A DNA stretch of 64,000 bases. Origin: Candidatus Heimdallarchaeota archaeon. GTDB taxonomy: Archaea > Asgardarchaeota > Heimdallarchaeia > Heimdallarchaeales > Heimdallarchaeaceae. Both the position numbers and the translations under genes were made by a program. The stretch lies in the NCBI GenBank assembly GCA_030603365.1, contig JAUVXV010000016.1, positions 1 to 64,000 of the forward strand. The letters run 5' to 3'. Shown piece after piece: positions 31,774 through 43,012 of this stretch. The notes beneath the pieces are model-generated. The model did no database searches, was not told the origin of the DNA, and saw only the letters and a program-made list of their open reading frames with translations. Position 1 is the first letter of the stretch; every line of letters begins with the position of its first letter.

Positions 31774-34647
31774 TTAGATTTCCAGTATCATACCTTTCTT
31801 CTTATTATAGATTTTAATTCCAGCTGTTATTACTCCTAGAAGTACGCTTGTACTTGCTACCACAGGAATAATTAAATTCGTTATAGAATTTGCTTGATTA
31901 TTTTTGTTTCCTACCAAATCTAAAATGAGACTGCTGCCCTGTACTATATCTAAATTTGTAAAATACACATAAAGATCATTTACTTCTAAACTGTAAAACT
32001 CGGTAACATCATTTTGATTATTTGTTACAAGCTTCCATTCATATTTTGAAGTAGCATAACTTTCATTTAACTGGTATAAAACTGATAAATTTGAGTATCC
32101 TTTTGTCTCTGTGCTTATTATAAAGTGGATTGTTATGCTATCTTCGTTTTCTTCATTAGTAGCTTCAAAATTAGGTCCATTTGTCATGATAACTAATTTG
32201 TGATCATTCGTTTCTTCACTTGCTTGTATCTGCCAATAAAAGGCATTTGCATCCCAATTCACAGGAATTCTTAAAGCTTGGGTTTCAATATACGCATCTA
32301 GTATAGGAACCATTTCCTCTTCTATCATGAATGTCCATCTATCGTGGGTTAAAGAATAGTTGATATCATAAGTTAGGGTTATATTTGTGGCAACAAGAAC
32401 ATCCTCGGCACTTCTTTCTGCTTCAACCAACGTATTTTCAAATTCTATTTCAAAAGTCCTAGTAGCTACAATCTGAGAAACCTTGAATATTGTACAAGTA
32501 ACATTTACAAGTAAAAGGTCTAAAGGTAGCTCAGCTATATAGATGAATAGACCATTTGCTTCAGTTATCCCTGTATATTGGTCGTTATGATTGATCTCTA
32601 TACTAATTGGAGCATACCCCACGGGTAATCCGCTAGAGGAGATGTTGAAATTCAAAATATATTCAGATGGATTATCTGATAATTCATGCTGTAGATCAAT
32701 AAGAATCTCACTTTCATAGATAGTGATGTTGACGTATTTAGTTATGGTTGAATGGGTTTGTGATTCCGCTTGAATTTTCACAATATATTCATTTTGCGTC
32801 AAATAAAAGGATGATATTAAAATTATATACTCTTCATCTTGTTTAATAGCTTGAATTATCTCCCCATCTATATTTGCATAGATTATAGCGTTTTCTATTT
32901 CAGAATATTGATCTAAGCTTAAGTAAGACACTCCGAGCTCTTTAATTGCATATTTCGGAATGTCTATTTGTTCCTCAACAGTCATTGATGCTGGTTTTCT
33001 GAGCAGGTTTATTGTACTGTTTCTATAACCTATATAATCCCCATCTAATATTAGAAAAGTTATATCGATATTTCCATCTGTAATCCATGGTGGAAACGAG
33101 TACAGAATATTATTATCAACCATTTCACATGTTGAACCTCCCGTCTCTCTTTTGGTCCAAAATATGTAAATAAATGTGCTAGAAACTGGTTCTTGAAATT
33201 CAAATGAAGCGTTTAATACTTCAAATATTGTTGTATTCTCATAGTTTACATCTACTATGTGATTTATTACAGTAAAATCACATTTAATGGTGAAAATTGC
33301 TTCCCGAATTGCAAGAGTTAGTATTTTGTATCCGTTGCTTAAATCATCAACAGATATGATATCTGCACCTGTTGGATTCCCAAATATTACCCACAAGTCT
33401 GGATATGTGATGTTTATTTGATCTATTAACGGACTTAAATCTAAAATATTAATTGAATACAAAAGCGTTGACACATTATAGAATAGAATCTGTTTTTCAT
33501 ATGCTATCTCAACTGTTCCAGATGATCTTACTGTAAAATTTCCTTCTATCGAATTATTTGAATTATATGTCCATATAATATTGTATTCATATGGTGCATC
33601 ATCTTCAAATAGAATGACTGCTTCAATAGAACCAGTTCCAGGACCTGTAGAACTTATCTGTATGTCATTAATTCTTAAGTCAATATCCGAAGGTGTTACA
33701 GACGTTTTGACTTGAAATTCATCAATTAAAACTGTACATTCCGATATTTCAGGTGAAATCACATATATACCAAAAGACTTCATCATAGTTGGTATAAATG
33801 GATCACCCTCTGTAAATAGATCTGAAATAGATAGGGAATAATGATTCCATTGATCATTCCAGCTACTGTTCTGAAGAAGTCTATACACAATGAAGGGAGA
33901 TGTTGTGTTGTCACCAATTGAAGGAGGATCTATATTTGTATGGTGCCAATGAATTATCATTATTCTACATGTATCAAAAACGAAATCAAAAATCAATGAA
34001 GAGTTTACAACATTTTGCAAACTTGAATTTGATACAAGAAAATAGCTGTAGGATATCTTTGTATCTGTATTATACAAAGGTAAATCTTTCTGGTATAATG
34101 CGTATGTTATAGATTCCATATTGTAAGAATAGAATTTCCATGCATAATTCCCTTCTAAACTATCTGTTTCTTCTATTCGTTCCAAACCAAGACCTACATT
34201 AGTTGCATCCTCTGCATAAAATTTTGATTGTTCTTCAGCACCAGGGTTTTGTATATACTGTGACTCTAAGTTAGTTACATTGCCTTCAATTGAATATTCT
34301 CCATTTCCAGGAAGAGTAATGCTTGAATTATATTCTCCAATAATGCCATTAGTGTTTTCCCCCACATAATTTCCAGTTACATTAACCTCGGGATTAAAAG
34401 CATTCAATGTTTCTTCTAATGTTTCTTCTTCTCCTAAAGCTTCTAAACTTAATCTGTTCTCCTCTGTATTCGTTTTTTCTTTGGTAAAATCCCCACTAGC
34501 ATCTAGACTTTTTAATCCTTCTTTCCCACTCTCTATGTACCCTTGTTGGTCTACATAGGCGTTTTCTCCATTAAAAGTAATTGGGGCCTCTAATACTAGC
34601 ACCAAATAAAACAGTAAAACTGTTGCAATTATCTTCCTGTATTTCAT
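31774..34647 (-). CDS. Large secreted, C-terminally anchored cell-surface protein
   Basis: Signal peptide; acidic, beta-rich body with many NxS/T sites; C-terminal TM plus KKK. Confidence 0.75.
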   Translation of the reverse strand: MKYRKIIATVLLFYLVLVLEAPITFNGENAYVDQQGYIESGKEGLKSLDASGDFTKEKTNTEENRLSLEALGEEETLEETLNAFNPEVNVTGNYVGENTNGIIGEYNSSITLPGNGEYSIEGNVTNLESQYIQNPGAEEQSKFYAEDATNVGLGLERIEETDSLEGNYAWKFYSYNMESITYALYQKDLPLYNTDTKISYSYFLVSNSSLQNVVNSSLIFDFVFDTCRIMIIHWHHTNIDPPSIGDNTTSPFIVYRLLQNSSWNDQWNHYSLSISDLFTEGDPFIPTMMKSFGIYVISPEISECTVLIDEFQVKTSVTPSDIDLRINDIQISSTGPGTGSIEAVILFEDDAPYEYNIIWTYNSNNSIEGNFTVRSSGTVEIAYEKQILFYNVSTLLYSINILDLSPLIDQINITYPDLWVIFGNPTGADIISVDDLSNGYKILTLAIREAIFTIKCDFTVINHIVDVNYENTTIFEVLNASFEFQEPVSSTFIYIFWTKRETGGSTCEMVDNNILYSFPPWITDGNIDITFLILDGDYIGYRNSTINLLRKPASMTVEEQIDIPKYAIKELGVSYLSLDQYSEIENAIIYANIDGEIIQAIKQDEEYIILISSFYLTQNEYIVKIQAESQTHSTITKYVNITIYESEILIDLQHELSDNPSEYILNFNISSSGLPVGYAPISIEINHNDQYTGITEANGLFIYIAELPLDLLLVNVTCTIFKVSQIVATRTFEIEFENTLVEAERSAEDVLVATNITLTYDINYSLTHDRWTFMIEEEMVPILDAYIETQALRIPVNWDANAFYWQIQASEETNDHKLVIMTNGPNFEATNEENEDSITIHFIISTETKGYSNLSVLYQLNESYATSKYEWKLVTNNQNDVTEFYSLEVNDLYVYFTNLDIVQGSSLILDLVGNKNNQANSITNLIIPVVASTSVLLGVITAGIKIYNKKKGMILEI

Positions 34648-34948
34648 CCTATTATCTTATGTAAACTATATCTTAAAAACAGCACAATTTTTTCGAGTAG
34701 ATTTTTGTTGTGTTAGTTAACAATATAAAAACACTATCTATAGAATCAAACTCTAAGGCTTAGCAATTCGCAGTAATCTTCTAATCTTTTTCATGAAAAA
34801 TGAAAAATTAATACTTTCAGTGAACAGCCCCTTCTTTCTATTCTAGTCTACTGAAATTAGTGATAAGAATATTAGATTTTATCTGTACTCAGTATTAGCT
34901 CTGTTTGAATCTTAAAAATTCTCAATAGTTTCGATATGGTTATTTTTA

Positions 34949-35989
34949 TTGAGTAAAATGGAAAGTTGCTTGTGTGATGAATGTGGATCTCGAATAGTTG
35001 AAGAGAACGGGGAGAATGTATGTCAAAAATGTGGTCTTGTACACGATCCTATACTTGAATCTTCATCTTTTCAATTAGGTTCAGTGAAAAATGGTGTATC
35101 TAGAAAAAACCAACAATATACTTCAATAAATAACAATTTAACTGTTGTAAGTTCTTTAGGTTCATCTATTGGTTCAGTAGAAGAATACATGTTTAGGGAT
35201 GCAAATGGGTCTCTTTTAGATGAAACTATGCAATATAAGTTTCGAAAATTTAAAACTTACTATCACATCCCTGGAGCTATTAAAGGAAAGGAAACTGATT
35301 TTAGAACTTTAAAGATTTTAAATGAGGTCTTTTCACGACTTCAAGTTCCAAACAAAATACGAGAAAGGACCCTCTTTCTCTATCATCAATATAAATCGGA
35401 ACACAAAAAGAAGATAACAAATCATGTTCTGCTTTCAGCTATGGCACTATTTCTAAGCATACGTGAATCAGGGACAAATTGTCCTCTTACACTAAAGGAA
35501 ATAGTAAATACCTACAGGGAGCTAGGTCATAGAGTTCTTGGAAAAAATCTACTAAGTCTTATGCAAGATCTGAATATCAAACCAACTTCAAGTGGGGTTA
35601 GAAGAAGTGAAGAATATGTTTTCAGAATATGTTCTCTGATTTGCCGTTGTCCAATAATAAAGGAAAGAATTGAGAAGAAGTATTCCATAGATGTTTATGT
35701 TTATGAGAAAATGCTTCAACTTCTTTGTTTGAAGATACTTGAGCGTATACCATATCCTGATCGCGGAGGAAGAAGACCCTATCCTCTTTCAGCAGCTTCT
35801 GCTTATGTAGCTGATAAGCTCTTATCAAGAAAGATAAAACACTCTTCTGCTCTAACACAAAAACTTGTAGCTCAATCAGCAAACGTTGCAGAGTTTACAA
35901 TAAGAGATCATGCTGAGTTTATGTTTTCTTATGATTATGAGAATATTATTAATGATATCAGTGAAAGATTATCTTCAAGTTTTGTTTAG
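34949..35989 (+). CDS. Divergent TFIIB/TFB-family protein
   Basis: N-terminal CDECG..CQKCG Zn ribbon, two cyclin-like repeats, TQKLVAQSANVAEFTIR HTH. Confidence 0.85.
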   Translation: MSKMESCLCDECGSRIVEENGENVCQKCGLVHDPILESSSFQLGSVKNGVSRKNQQYTSINNNLTVVSSLGSSIGSVEEYMFRDANGSLLDETMQYKFRKFKTYYHIPGAIKGKETDFRTLKILNEVFSRLQVPNKIRERTLFLYHQYKSEHKKKITNHVLLSAMALFLSIRESGTNCPLTLKEIVNTYRELGHRVLGKNLLSLMQDLNIKPTSSGVRRSEEYVFRICSLICRCPIIKERIEKKYSIDVYVYEKMLQLLCLKILERIPYPDRGGRRPYPLSAASAYVADKLLSRKIKHSSALTQKLVAQSANVAEFTIRDHAEFMFSYDYENIINDISERLSSSFV

Positions 35990-36024
35990 AATATTTGTGT
36001 TGAAAAAAATAGTTTGGGGTGTTC

Positions 36025-36651
36025 CTAAAAGGGAATAACCCCAACTAGAAAGAATCTAACTCCTATAACTATAACAACATGCAGAACAATTACGATAATT
36101 AACCGAATTTTAATGCTTTTTTCATTTGACATCTTGAGAAGGTAGTAATTATTTAGTAAATTTATCAAAAGAAAAGAAACTGATAAGTAAGAGAGAATAG
36201 AAAGAGACGTGGTAAACTCTCCTGTATTAATGAATTCGTACAGATTTGAGAAAATGGGTGAAAAACCTGCAATTAATGCAATAACAACTAATGTTACAAA
36301 ACGTATTATCTTGATTCTACGTCTATGTACCTTTAAAGTAGTTTCTTTTTCTTTAAGAGTTTCTTCTCTTATCCTAATTAGTTTTGATGTTATCATTAAT
36401 CGTTCTAAAATATCCGTTTCATCCGCATTATCAATAGAAGTGAAGAGATTTGTCAATGCAGGATATTTGAAATCAATGGAAGATACAATATCTGTAAGTT
36501 CTTCTCCTAATTGCAATCTTGCAAGAATATCTTCTGGAACACCTTCAGTCAAGAAAAAAGCTCTTTCAAGATTTTCACCACCTTCCAGACGAAATGCAAT
36601 ATTACTTAGAAAATCAAATTCTGTACAATTTAGTTTACTCATTTTAATCAC
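36025..36651 (-). CDS. TadC-like membrane protein
   Basis: TM segments; in an operon with the secretion ATPase. Confidence 0.55.
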   Translation of the reverse strand: MIKMSKLNCTEFDFLSNIAFRLEGGENLERAFFLTEGVPEDILARLQLGEELTDIVSSIDFKYPALTNLFTSIDNADETDILERLMITSKLIRIREETLKEKETTLKVHRRRIKIIRFVTLVVIALIAGFSPIFSNLYEFINTGEFTTSLSILSYLSVSFLLINLLNNYYLLKMSNEKSIKIRLIIVIVLHVVIVIGVRFFLVGVIPF

Positions 36652-37456
36652 ATGATTCCCTATTTTGCATAAAACGAAGTACTAGTGTTCCAAATATTGC
36701 ATAAAGTAGAGGAAATACGAATATCGTTAATGAATCTGATGGCAAAAGAAATGACAAAACCATGCTTAAGACTAATGGTAATAAACATGAAATTGCAATA
36801 AAAATCACAATATTGTCTTCAATGAGTTTTATTCCATTTCTAACTCTTAATAGAAAATCAGGGTCAGAATCAATAAAGGAGTTCTCAGTTTTAATATTCT
36901 GAAATGCATTTTCATACTTTTTTGTTTGAAAGATTTTCCCGCTTTCCTGAATAATCTCATCTTCATCCACTCCCAAATTAAAGTTATAGATCATTTCTTG
37001 GAAATACTTCTTGTAATCTTCATCTATACCACTTTTGGATAACAATAATTCTATCGAATAAGGAAAGGATTGTGTAGATGTCATATTTATTGAAAGAGAA
37101 TTTATGATTATAAAGGCTGACTCATCAAATTTTTGATGCCTTTCAAGAATTTTTGACCTAATATAATCACCAAACACAATTAGAAATGCAATGCTAGAAA
37201 TAGCACTTATAACCAGTGCTAATATTATGTTTAATTGTGTTATAAAGTAAGTAATAATTGCTATTACTATGAGAACGATAAGGGTTAAATTCCCTATTAC
37301 TCTAATGCTAGTGTAATCTTTTTCCAATATAAAAAATCTTGATGAATTTCTTATTTTTCCTAAAACAGCTCTATAGAGTATCTTCTTAGGAATGATACTT
37401 ACATCCATTATTCTTGATCTAGTAGTTTTTTTAGTTAAACCAGTTCCCATTCTCAT
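36644..37456 (-). CDS. TadB/T2SS-F-like membrane protein
   Basis: TM-soluble-TM layout; directly downstream of the ATPase. Confidence 0.55.
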   Translation of the reverse strand: MRMGTGLTKKTTRSRIMDVSIIPKKILYRAVLGKIRNSSRFFILEKDYTSIRVIGNLTLIVLIVIAIITYFITQLNIILALVISAISSIAFLIVFGDYIRSKILERHQKFDESAFIIINSLSINMTSTQSFPYSIELLLSKSGIDEDYKKYFQEMIYNFNLGVDEDEIIQESGKIFQTKKYENAFQNIKTENSFIDSDPDFLLRVRNGIKLIEDNIVIFIAISCLLPLVLSMVLSFLLPSDSLTIFVFPLLYAIFGTLVLRFMQNRESCD

Positions 37457-37493
37457 TCACCTATAAACAAGAGTAATCTCTCTTACCATTTTT

Positions 37494-38885
37494 TTATCTC
37501 CAAGTTTCCTCGTATTCTTTGTTCAACATTTTGCTTCTTTTGATGATTTCAGTTAGTTCAGTACTCAAAAATGATTTTTCTTTTATACGTTCCAATGTTT
37601 GTTCTTCATTCATTGTATCGTCATAAATTTTTCTTAGAAAACCATAATTACTAATTTTATCGTTATCAGGGTTGACTTCATAAACATCCACTACTTTTCT
37701 GACGAACGTACTTTGGGTAATTTCTCTTTTCATTACAACTATGATATTTAATGATAAGAAATCTGTTCTTGCAATTTTATGGAGATTTTCCCATCTTCTT
37801 AATATCTTCTCAACAGAATCAGAGTGTGCTGTTTGAATCCCCTTTAAACCAGCGTTTAGTGCTTCAAACATCGCTTGAGTGTGCTCCCTTGATTGAATCT
37901 CTCCAAGATATATCCAATCTGGTGATCTGTGAAGCAATTTTAGAATTTCTGTTGTCTTTGTGTGGACAGATTTATTAGATTCAAAAGAATCTACTTGGAT
38001 TGAAAGTTGTTTATAACCCATAGAGGATTGATTTATTGACTCTATTGCATCCTCTATAGCAATTTTTCTCCAATGTTTTGGTGTATACAAATCTAACGCA
38101 TTTGCCAAAGTTGTTTTTCCAGCATTTGGTTCTCCAATAATTGTTATATTCAATCTTTTCTGAATTGCCTCAATTAAGAAGGATGCAACATATGAAGGTA
38201 GAGTATCTAGGTTGATTAAATCAACTAATGTTAAGGGATTTCTTTTAAGCTTCCTTATATTAAATGTAGGACCATTAGGTGATAAAGGTGGAAAATCCAT
38301 TGAAATACGAGAATGAAATAATCTTGTCTGAAACTCAACTTTTAATGATGGTTTCTTTGTTGAAATAGTAATTGGGTGCTCTAATTTGATTCTTGTTAAT
38401 AGAGCTTTTAGTTCCTCTTCCTCTAGTACAACTACAGTGTTACACCTACCGAAAGACTGATGATCCAAATAAATGGGGGAATCCTTCTGATCCAAGTAAA
38501 TTTCATTTACATTATGATCTATTAAGAAAGGAATAATCTTATCGATCTTGATTAAACGGTAAATAAACAATTCAGCGAAGATTTCAGGATCGATCTTTAG
38601 ATTATCTATCTCGAGAATTTTCCACATGCAAATTGATTTTACAGTATCTACTAGTTCGTCAAATTTCAAGATTTCTTTTCCTAGACGATTTTGGCTATTT
38701 CGAATCAAAGCGGATAGTTCAGCAAAAAGCAAAGGTTCTTGGTTAAAATCTATCAGAGGTAACGCTTTATAAAATAGAACTTCATCTTCTTCAATTAGTT
38801 TTATTTTAAAACCTCTAATTATGTATTCTTTCTCTATTTCATTTAGTTTATGTTTTTCTTCCTGTAAACAGTTACTACTAGTCAT
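37494..38885 (-). CDS. Type II/IV secretion (CpaF/VirB11-like) ATPase
   Basis: GEPNAGKTT, AIED, LHRSPDWIYLGE, TAH. Confidence 0.9.
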   Translation of the reverse strand: MTSSNCLQEEKHKLNEIEKEYIIRGFKIKLIEEDEVLFYKALPLIDFNQEPLLFAELSALIRNSQNRLGKEILKFDELVDTVKSICMWKILEIDNLKIDPEIFAELFIYRLIKIDKIIPFLIDHNVNEIYLDQKDSPIYLDHQSFGRCNTVVVLEEEELKALLTRIKLEHPITISTKKPSLKVEFQTRLFHSRISMDFPPLSPNGPTFNIRKLKRNPLTLVDLINLDTLPSYVASFLIEAIQKRLNITIIGEPNAGKTTLANALDLYTPKHWRKIAIEDAIESINQSSMGYKQLSIQVDSFESNKSVHTKTTEILKLLHRSPDWIYLGEIQSREHTQAMFEALNAGLKGIQTAHSDSVEKILRRWENLHKIARTDFLSLNIIVVMKREITQSTFVRKVVDVYEVNPDNDKISNYGFLRKIYDDTMNEEQTLERIKEKSFLSTELTEIIKRSKMLNKEYEETWR

Positions 38886-39055
38886 TTGATAACCATCTTC
38901 TGCAATATCAAATAGACTGATTACTATTTCAACACCACATTTTTAGAGGATTTTTAATATCAAAAAATCTACACATTAGTAAAAGTGGAAATCATTACAG
39001 AGATTTAAGGTAATACCTTTAAATAGAAAAAACTTATACTTGAAGGTGTGGGAAA

Positions 39056-40027
39056 ATGGAAGACAATTATGACATAATGTGGACAGAGAAATATAGGCCT
39101 AAGAAACTTGATGACCTAAGAGGACACAAAGACATTATTTCTAGACTTAAAGGTTTTGTCTCAAGAGGAAATCTACCTCATCTTCTTCTTGCTGGACCTC
39201 CTGGTACAGGTAAAACTACTGCATTATTAGCTCTAGCAAACGATTTATTTGGTCCAAGCAATGTTTCAAGAAATCTGTTAGAGTTGAATGCATCTGATGA
39301 TCGTGGTATTGACGCAATTAGAACTAAAGTAAAGGAGTTTGCTAGAACGGCATCATATGGGGGAGTACCTTTCAAAATTATCTGTCTTGATGAGGCAGAC
39401 AATCTGACATCTGCTGCTCAACATGCTTTAAGAAGAACAATGGAAAGATATGTAAAGACAAGTAGATTTGCACTAATTTGTAACTATTCAAGCAAAATAA
39501 TAGAACCAATACAATCGAGGTGTGCAATTTTTAGATTCAACCCCTTAGATGAGAAAAGTATGCTAGACTTCCTTAAGCATATTTGTAACAATGAAAAGCT
39601 TGTATACGACAAAGAAGGGCTTGATACTGTGCTCTATATCTCTGAAGGTGACTTAAGAAAAGCGATAAATATTATTCAATCAACCGTTGCTTCAGGAAAA
39701 TCTATTGAAAAAGTAACCGTACTTCAAACAATTGGTCATGCGGATCCTGAGAGGATTAGAGAAATGCTGAAGTATTCGTTAGAAGGTGATTTTTACAAAT
39801 CAAGGGATGTTCTACAGAAACTTATATTGGAGTATGGTCTTTCAGGAACAGATGTAACTTATCAAATTTATCGGGAAATACCAACTCTTGAAATTCCAGA
39901 CTTGCAAAAACTAGAACTGAACGAATATCTTGCAGAAGTTGATTTTAGAATATCTGAGGGGGCTTCGAGCAATATACAACTAAGTGCTTTCTTAGCTAAA
40001 CTTGTAAAAGAAGGAAACAAAAAATAA
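39056..40027 (+). CDS. rfcS: Replication factor C small subunit
   Basis: WTEKYRP, GPPGTGKT, ELNASDDRG, DEAD, SRC. Confidence 0.97.
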   Translation: MEDNYDIMWTEKYRPKKLDDLRGHKDIISRLKGFVSRGNLPHLLLAGPPGTGKTTALLALANDLFGPSNVSRNLLELNASDDRGIDAIRTKVKEFARTASYGGVPFKIICLDEADNLTSAAQHALRRTMERYVKTSRFALICNYSSKIIEPIQSRCAIFRFNPLDEKSMLDFLKHICNNEKLVYDKEGLDTVLYISEGDLRKAINIIQSTVASGKSIEKVTVLQTIGHADPERIREMLKYSLEGDFYKSRDVLQKLILEYGLSGTDVTYQIYREIPTLEIPDLQKLELNEYLAEVDFRISEGASSNIQLSAFLAKLVKEGNKK

Positions 40028-40060
40028 CCCCTTCTTCTTCCTTCAGATTGAAATTAGTTG

Positions 40061-40909
40061 TTAATCTATTATTTCAGTTAAGGTAAAAAAATCGTAAATT
40101 GAGGTAACTAGAACCTTATTTTGTTGTAAACTCTTAAGAAGATTATTACTTCTTTTAATGATTTTTTCAATGGCTTTGCTACTAGTTTTCCATTCAACAT
40201 TATCATAGAGATGTTTGACTAATATAAGCTGTTTAGGATTAGCAGGTTCTATATTTAGAGCTTTGATTTCTGTATTTGTTTGGAGAAGATCTTTTGTGTT
40301 TTGAAGAGTTTTTGACAACTTACTAAAATTCAGTATATAGCTGACCACTCTTCTAACTTGTTCCCAAAGAAAAGAATTAGCTTCAATTTCAAAGATGATT
40401 ACATCCTCATTAATAATCAAATTAAATTCGTTGATTTTTCTTATTGTATTCCTCTGGTCTAGTTTACAAAATAGTCTAAAATCGTGTTCCCCTTTAAAAG
40501 AAGAGCAAATCTCAGTAATTTCTTCTAGATTCATGTTTGTAATTATTTTAGCATAGTTTAATGGTAAAACATACCAATATTTTTTTGACTTGCTATATTT
40601 TGGTGTAAAATCATTACTTACCTCGGCATAACTCCAACAGATTATTGATTTATCACTTGGTAAAGTAGCATTCAGCAGATCCAAAATTATGTTTTTTTCT
40701 GAATTAAAAGCAAAGACATTACCTATAGCACTGACAAATCTATCAGTTCTACTAGCACTTCGAAAGTGATTGGTTTCTGGAGACTCAATATACCCAGATT
40801 TTATTAAAGATTCAACTAAAGTTCCTTCTACTGTTTTTAGATTAGGTTGTCTCTGATAACCATGATAATTCGTTCCATCATAGAACGTTTGTATAGCAAA
40901 TCTTCTCAT
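40061..40909 (-). CDS. truA: tRNA pseudouridine(38-40) synthase
   Basis: YDGTNYHGYQRQ, SRTD, GEHDF, FLWEQVR. Confidence 0.92.
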   Translation of the reverse strand: MRRFAIQTFYDGTNYHGYQRQPNLKTVEGTLVESLIKSGYIESPETNHFRSASRTDRFVSAIGNVFAFNSEKNIILDLLNATLPSDKSIICWSYAEVSNDFTPKYSKSKKYWYVLPLNYAKIITNMNLEEITEICSSFKGEHDFRLFCKLDQRNTIRKINEFNLIINEDVIIFEIEANSFLWEQVRRVVSYILNFSKLSKTLQNTKDLLQTNTEIKALNIEPANPKQLILVKHLYDNVEWKTSSKAIEKIIKRSNNLLKSLQQNKVLVTSIYDFFTLTEIID

Positions 40910-40996
40910 CTATAGTATAGTTCTCGGATAAGAAATTAAAAATCTACTGTAGAGATAAGAAAGATTAAAAAACGTACTAATTCTCATTAATTCATC

Positions 40997-41074
40997 GCCT
41001 CGATGGTGTAGCTCGGCCAATCATTGCGGACTCTCACTCCGCAGACCCGGGTTCAAATCCCGGTCGAGGCACCA
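40997..41074 (+). tRNA. tRNA-Glu(CTC)
   Basis: Anticodon arm GCGGA-CTCTCAC-TCCGC; encoded CCA. Confidence 0.95.
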
Positions 41075-41082
41075 ATTTTTTT

Positions 41083-41382
41083 TCAGTTTTCCTCCCATAT
41101 TTTGAAAAGTTGTTTCAAAGAATGAGCTAGAATATTACTGTCCTGAAATTGATAGATTAGTATTCTACCAAACCTCTTTTCTTTTAGTAAACCTACTCTA
41201 GTAAGGAATTTTAAGTGCTCTTTAACAGCGGAATGATTTAGATTAATACTTCTTGAAATAGCAGACACATTAAGTTCTCCGAGTCCTGCTAGCAGTTTTA
41301 ATATTCTCACTCTACCTTTAGACGAGAAAACATCTTCCAGAGCTATTTTGGGAAGAGTTTCAGTTTCGGTTTTATTTGTCAT
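41083..41382 (-). CDS. ArsR-family winged-HTH protein
   Basis: FSSKGRVRILKLL..ELNVSAIS..HLKFL..GLL; directly downstream of cdc6. Confidence 0.8.
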   Translation of the reverse strand: MTNKTETETLPKIALEDVFSSKGRVRILKLLAGLGELNVSAISRSINLNHSAVKEHLKFLTRVGLLKEKRFGRILIYQFQDSNILAHSLKQLFKIWEEN

Positions 41383-41396
41383 TTTTTTGGTCTCCT

Positions 41397-42620
41397 CTAT
41401 TTCTCAGCATACTCAACTGTTTTCTTCTGGTTCTCAATTGCTTTTACTAAAAACAGTTCAATGTTTTCCACAGATATATCTGGTATGCTAATTAGTGTTG
41501 TTTTACCTCTCATACCCTCACCTGAGATTTTTGTGCTAATGATATCCTGTTTGGAAAGCTCTTTTAGATAAGACCAAACCTGAGTATGTTTTCTCGGTTC
41601 TTCCTTATACTCTTCACACACCAATCTATAGGCACCTATAGAATCATTTGTGGAGATATAGGCATTTTTTGTATGCTTTAGTTTTCTGATTATAGCAAGA
41701 AGAATTAACTTCTGATGAAGAGTTAAAGTTAGAATAATTTCTCTTCGAATTTCAGGGTGAATTAAGGCTTTTGCTTTTCTTACATGATCGGGATAAACAA
41801 TAGGAGAACTCTCATCATCGGCACATTGTCCAGCCCCCCAAAGAAGTTCTATCGCATATCTAGCATCACCAGACCTACTTGAAATGTCTGCAATTAATTC
41901 AGTTGTATCTTCTGTTATTGTGCCATCATAGAATGCTAGTTCTGCACGTGATTTTATAATGTCCTTCAAATCATCTTCTGCATATCTATCTAACGATATG
42001 TGGTTTGATTGAAAACTACTTTGAGTACTTGCGTCCATTTGATAAATGAAATTAAGATTTCTTGCTACAAAAATATAAGACATCCACTGTTTTGAAGTCA
42101 TCTCACTGATTCTAAGCAAGGTGTAAAGAAAGTCAGTTCCAACTCTTGAAATTAAGTAATCCACTTCATCCAAAATCAGTAATACTTTTGGAGAATAAAA
42201 ATCAAGTAATCTGATTAGAAGTGATTGTAATTCTTCAAATGAATAACCTCGTGGTGGTATAGCTTTGTTCAATTTACGGGCAAGAGTGCTAACAATCAAA
42301 TATGGGCTCTTGTAAATGCGGCAGTTAATATATACTAAAAGAAAATTATTGGTTTTATCGATATTTTCTAAAAGTTGACCAAATCGTTTTGCTAAAGTTG
42401 TTTTACCAGATCCAGTAGGACCAGTTATACAGACTTTTTTCAAAGGTCCATCTTGGCTGTCAAAAATTGTTTTGAAACATTTAGCCAGAGTTCTAAGCTC
42501 TTCCTCCCTATGTGGAAGATAAGGTGGAATATACGTCACAGAAAGACAACCAATGTCTTTAAACACAGTTGGCTTCTTAATTAGTGAGTTGAAATACTCT
42601 TCATCTGAAGTATGCATCAT
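41397..42620 (-). CDS. cdc6: Orc1/Cdc6 replication initiator
   Basis: YIPPYLPHRE, GPTGSGKT, YINC, LDEVD, GDARYAI, C-terminal wHTH. Confidence 0.95.
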   Translation of the reverse strand: MMHTSDEEYFNSLIKKPTVFKDIGCLSVTYIPPYLPHREEELRTLAKCFKTIFDSQDGPLKKVCITGPTGSGKTTLAKRFGQLLENIDKTNNFLLVYINCRIYKSPYLIVSTLARKLNKAIPPRGYSFEELQSLLIRLLDFYSPKVLLILDEVDYLISRVGTDFLYTLLRISEMTSKQWMSYIFVARNLNFIYQMDASTQSSFQSNHISLDRYAEDDLKDIIKSRAELAFYDGTITEDTTELIADISSRSGDARYAIELLWGAGQCADDESSPIVYPDHVRKAKALIHPEIRREIILTLTLHQKLILLAIIRKLKHTKNAYISTNDSIGAYRLVCEEYKEEPRKHTQVWSYLKELSKQDIISTKISGEGMRGKTTLISIPDISVENIELFLVKAIENQKKTVEYAEK

Positions 42621-42888
42621 ATCCTCTCTAACTTACTCAAGGGAATTTACTATTTATACTTAATAGAGAGGCTTGTCTGAAAGTGATTTTCATCCAAAAA
42701 AGAGTCTTTCCACTATGACGGTTTTTGCTGGGTCTAAAATGCAGTTTAGATAACAACACCTAAACTAAAAGTATCTGTAAGTGTTGAATGTGAAAGACAG
42801 ATCATCTTCTAACCTGTCAGTTTTTCTTTAGAGTGTTTTAATAGTTTTATTCAATTAATATGGTAGACCTATCCGAGAGTGAGTTATG

Positions 42889-42960
42889 ATGTACAAACCA
42901 AAATATGATCCTGACGAGGGAGATGGAGATATTCTCCACCCAGCTTGATTCCCAAACTAA
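42889..42960 (+). pseudogene. Cassette 5 micro-peptide MYKPKYDPDEGDGDILHPA*FPN (conserved Trp codon mutated to TGA)
   Basis: Same TTTTAATA box (42836-42843) and GAGTGA SD; premature TGA at 42946-42948. Confidence 0.85.
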
Positions 42961-43012
42961 AAAAATCTCCAAATTTTCATTTTTTTTGACAAAAAATTTC
43001 ACGAGTATATAA

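Noticed and set aside
42946-42948. TGA recoding (Trp or Sec) in the peptide
   Set aside because: TGA is a normal stop in many genes here, and the partner gene is deleted, so a nonsense mutation is simpler.
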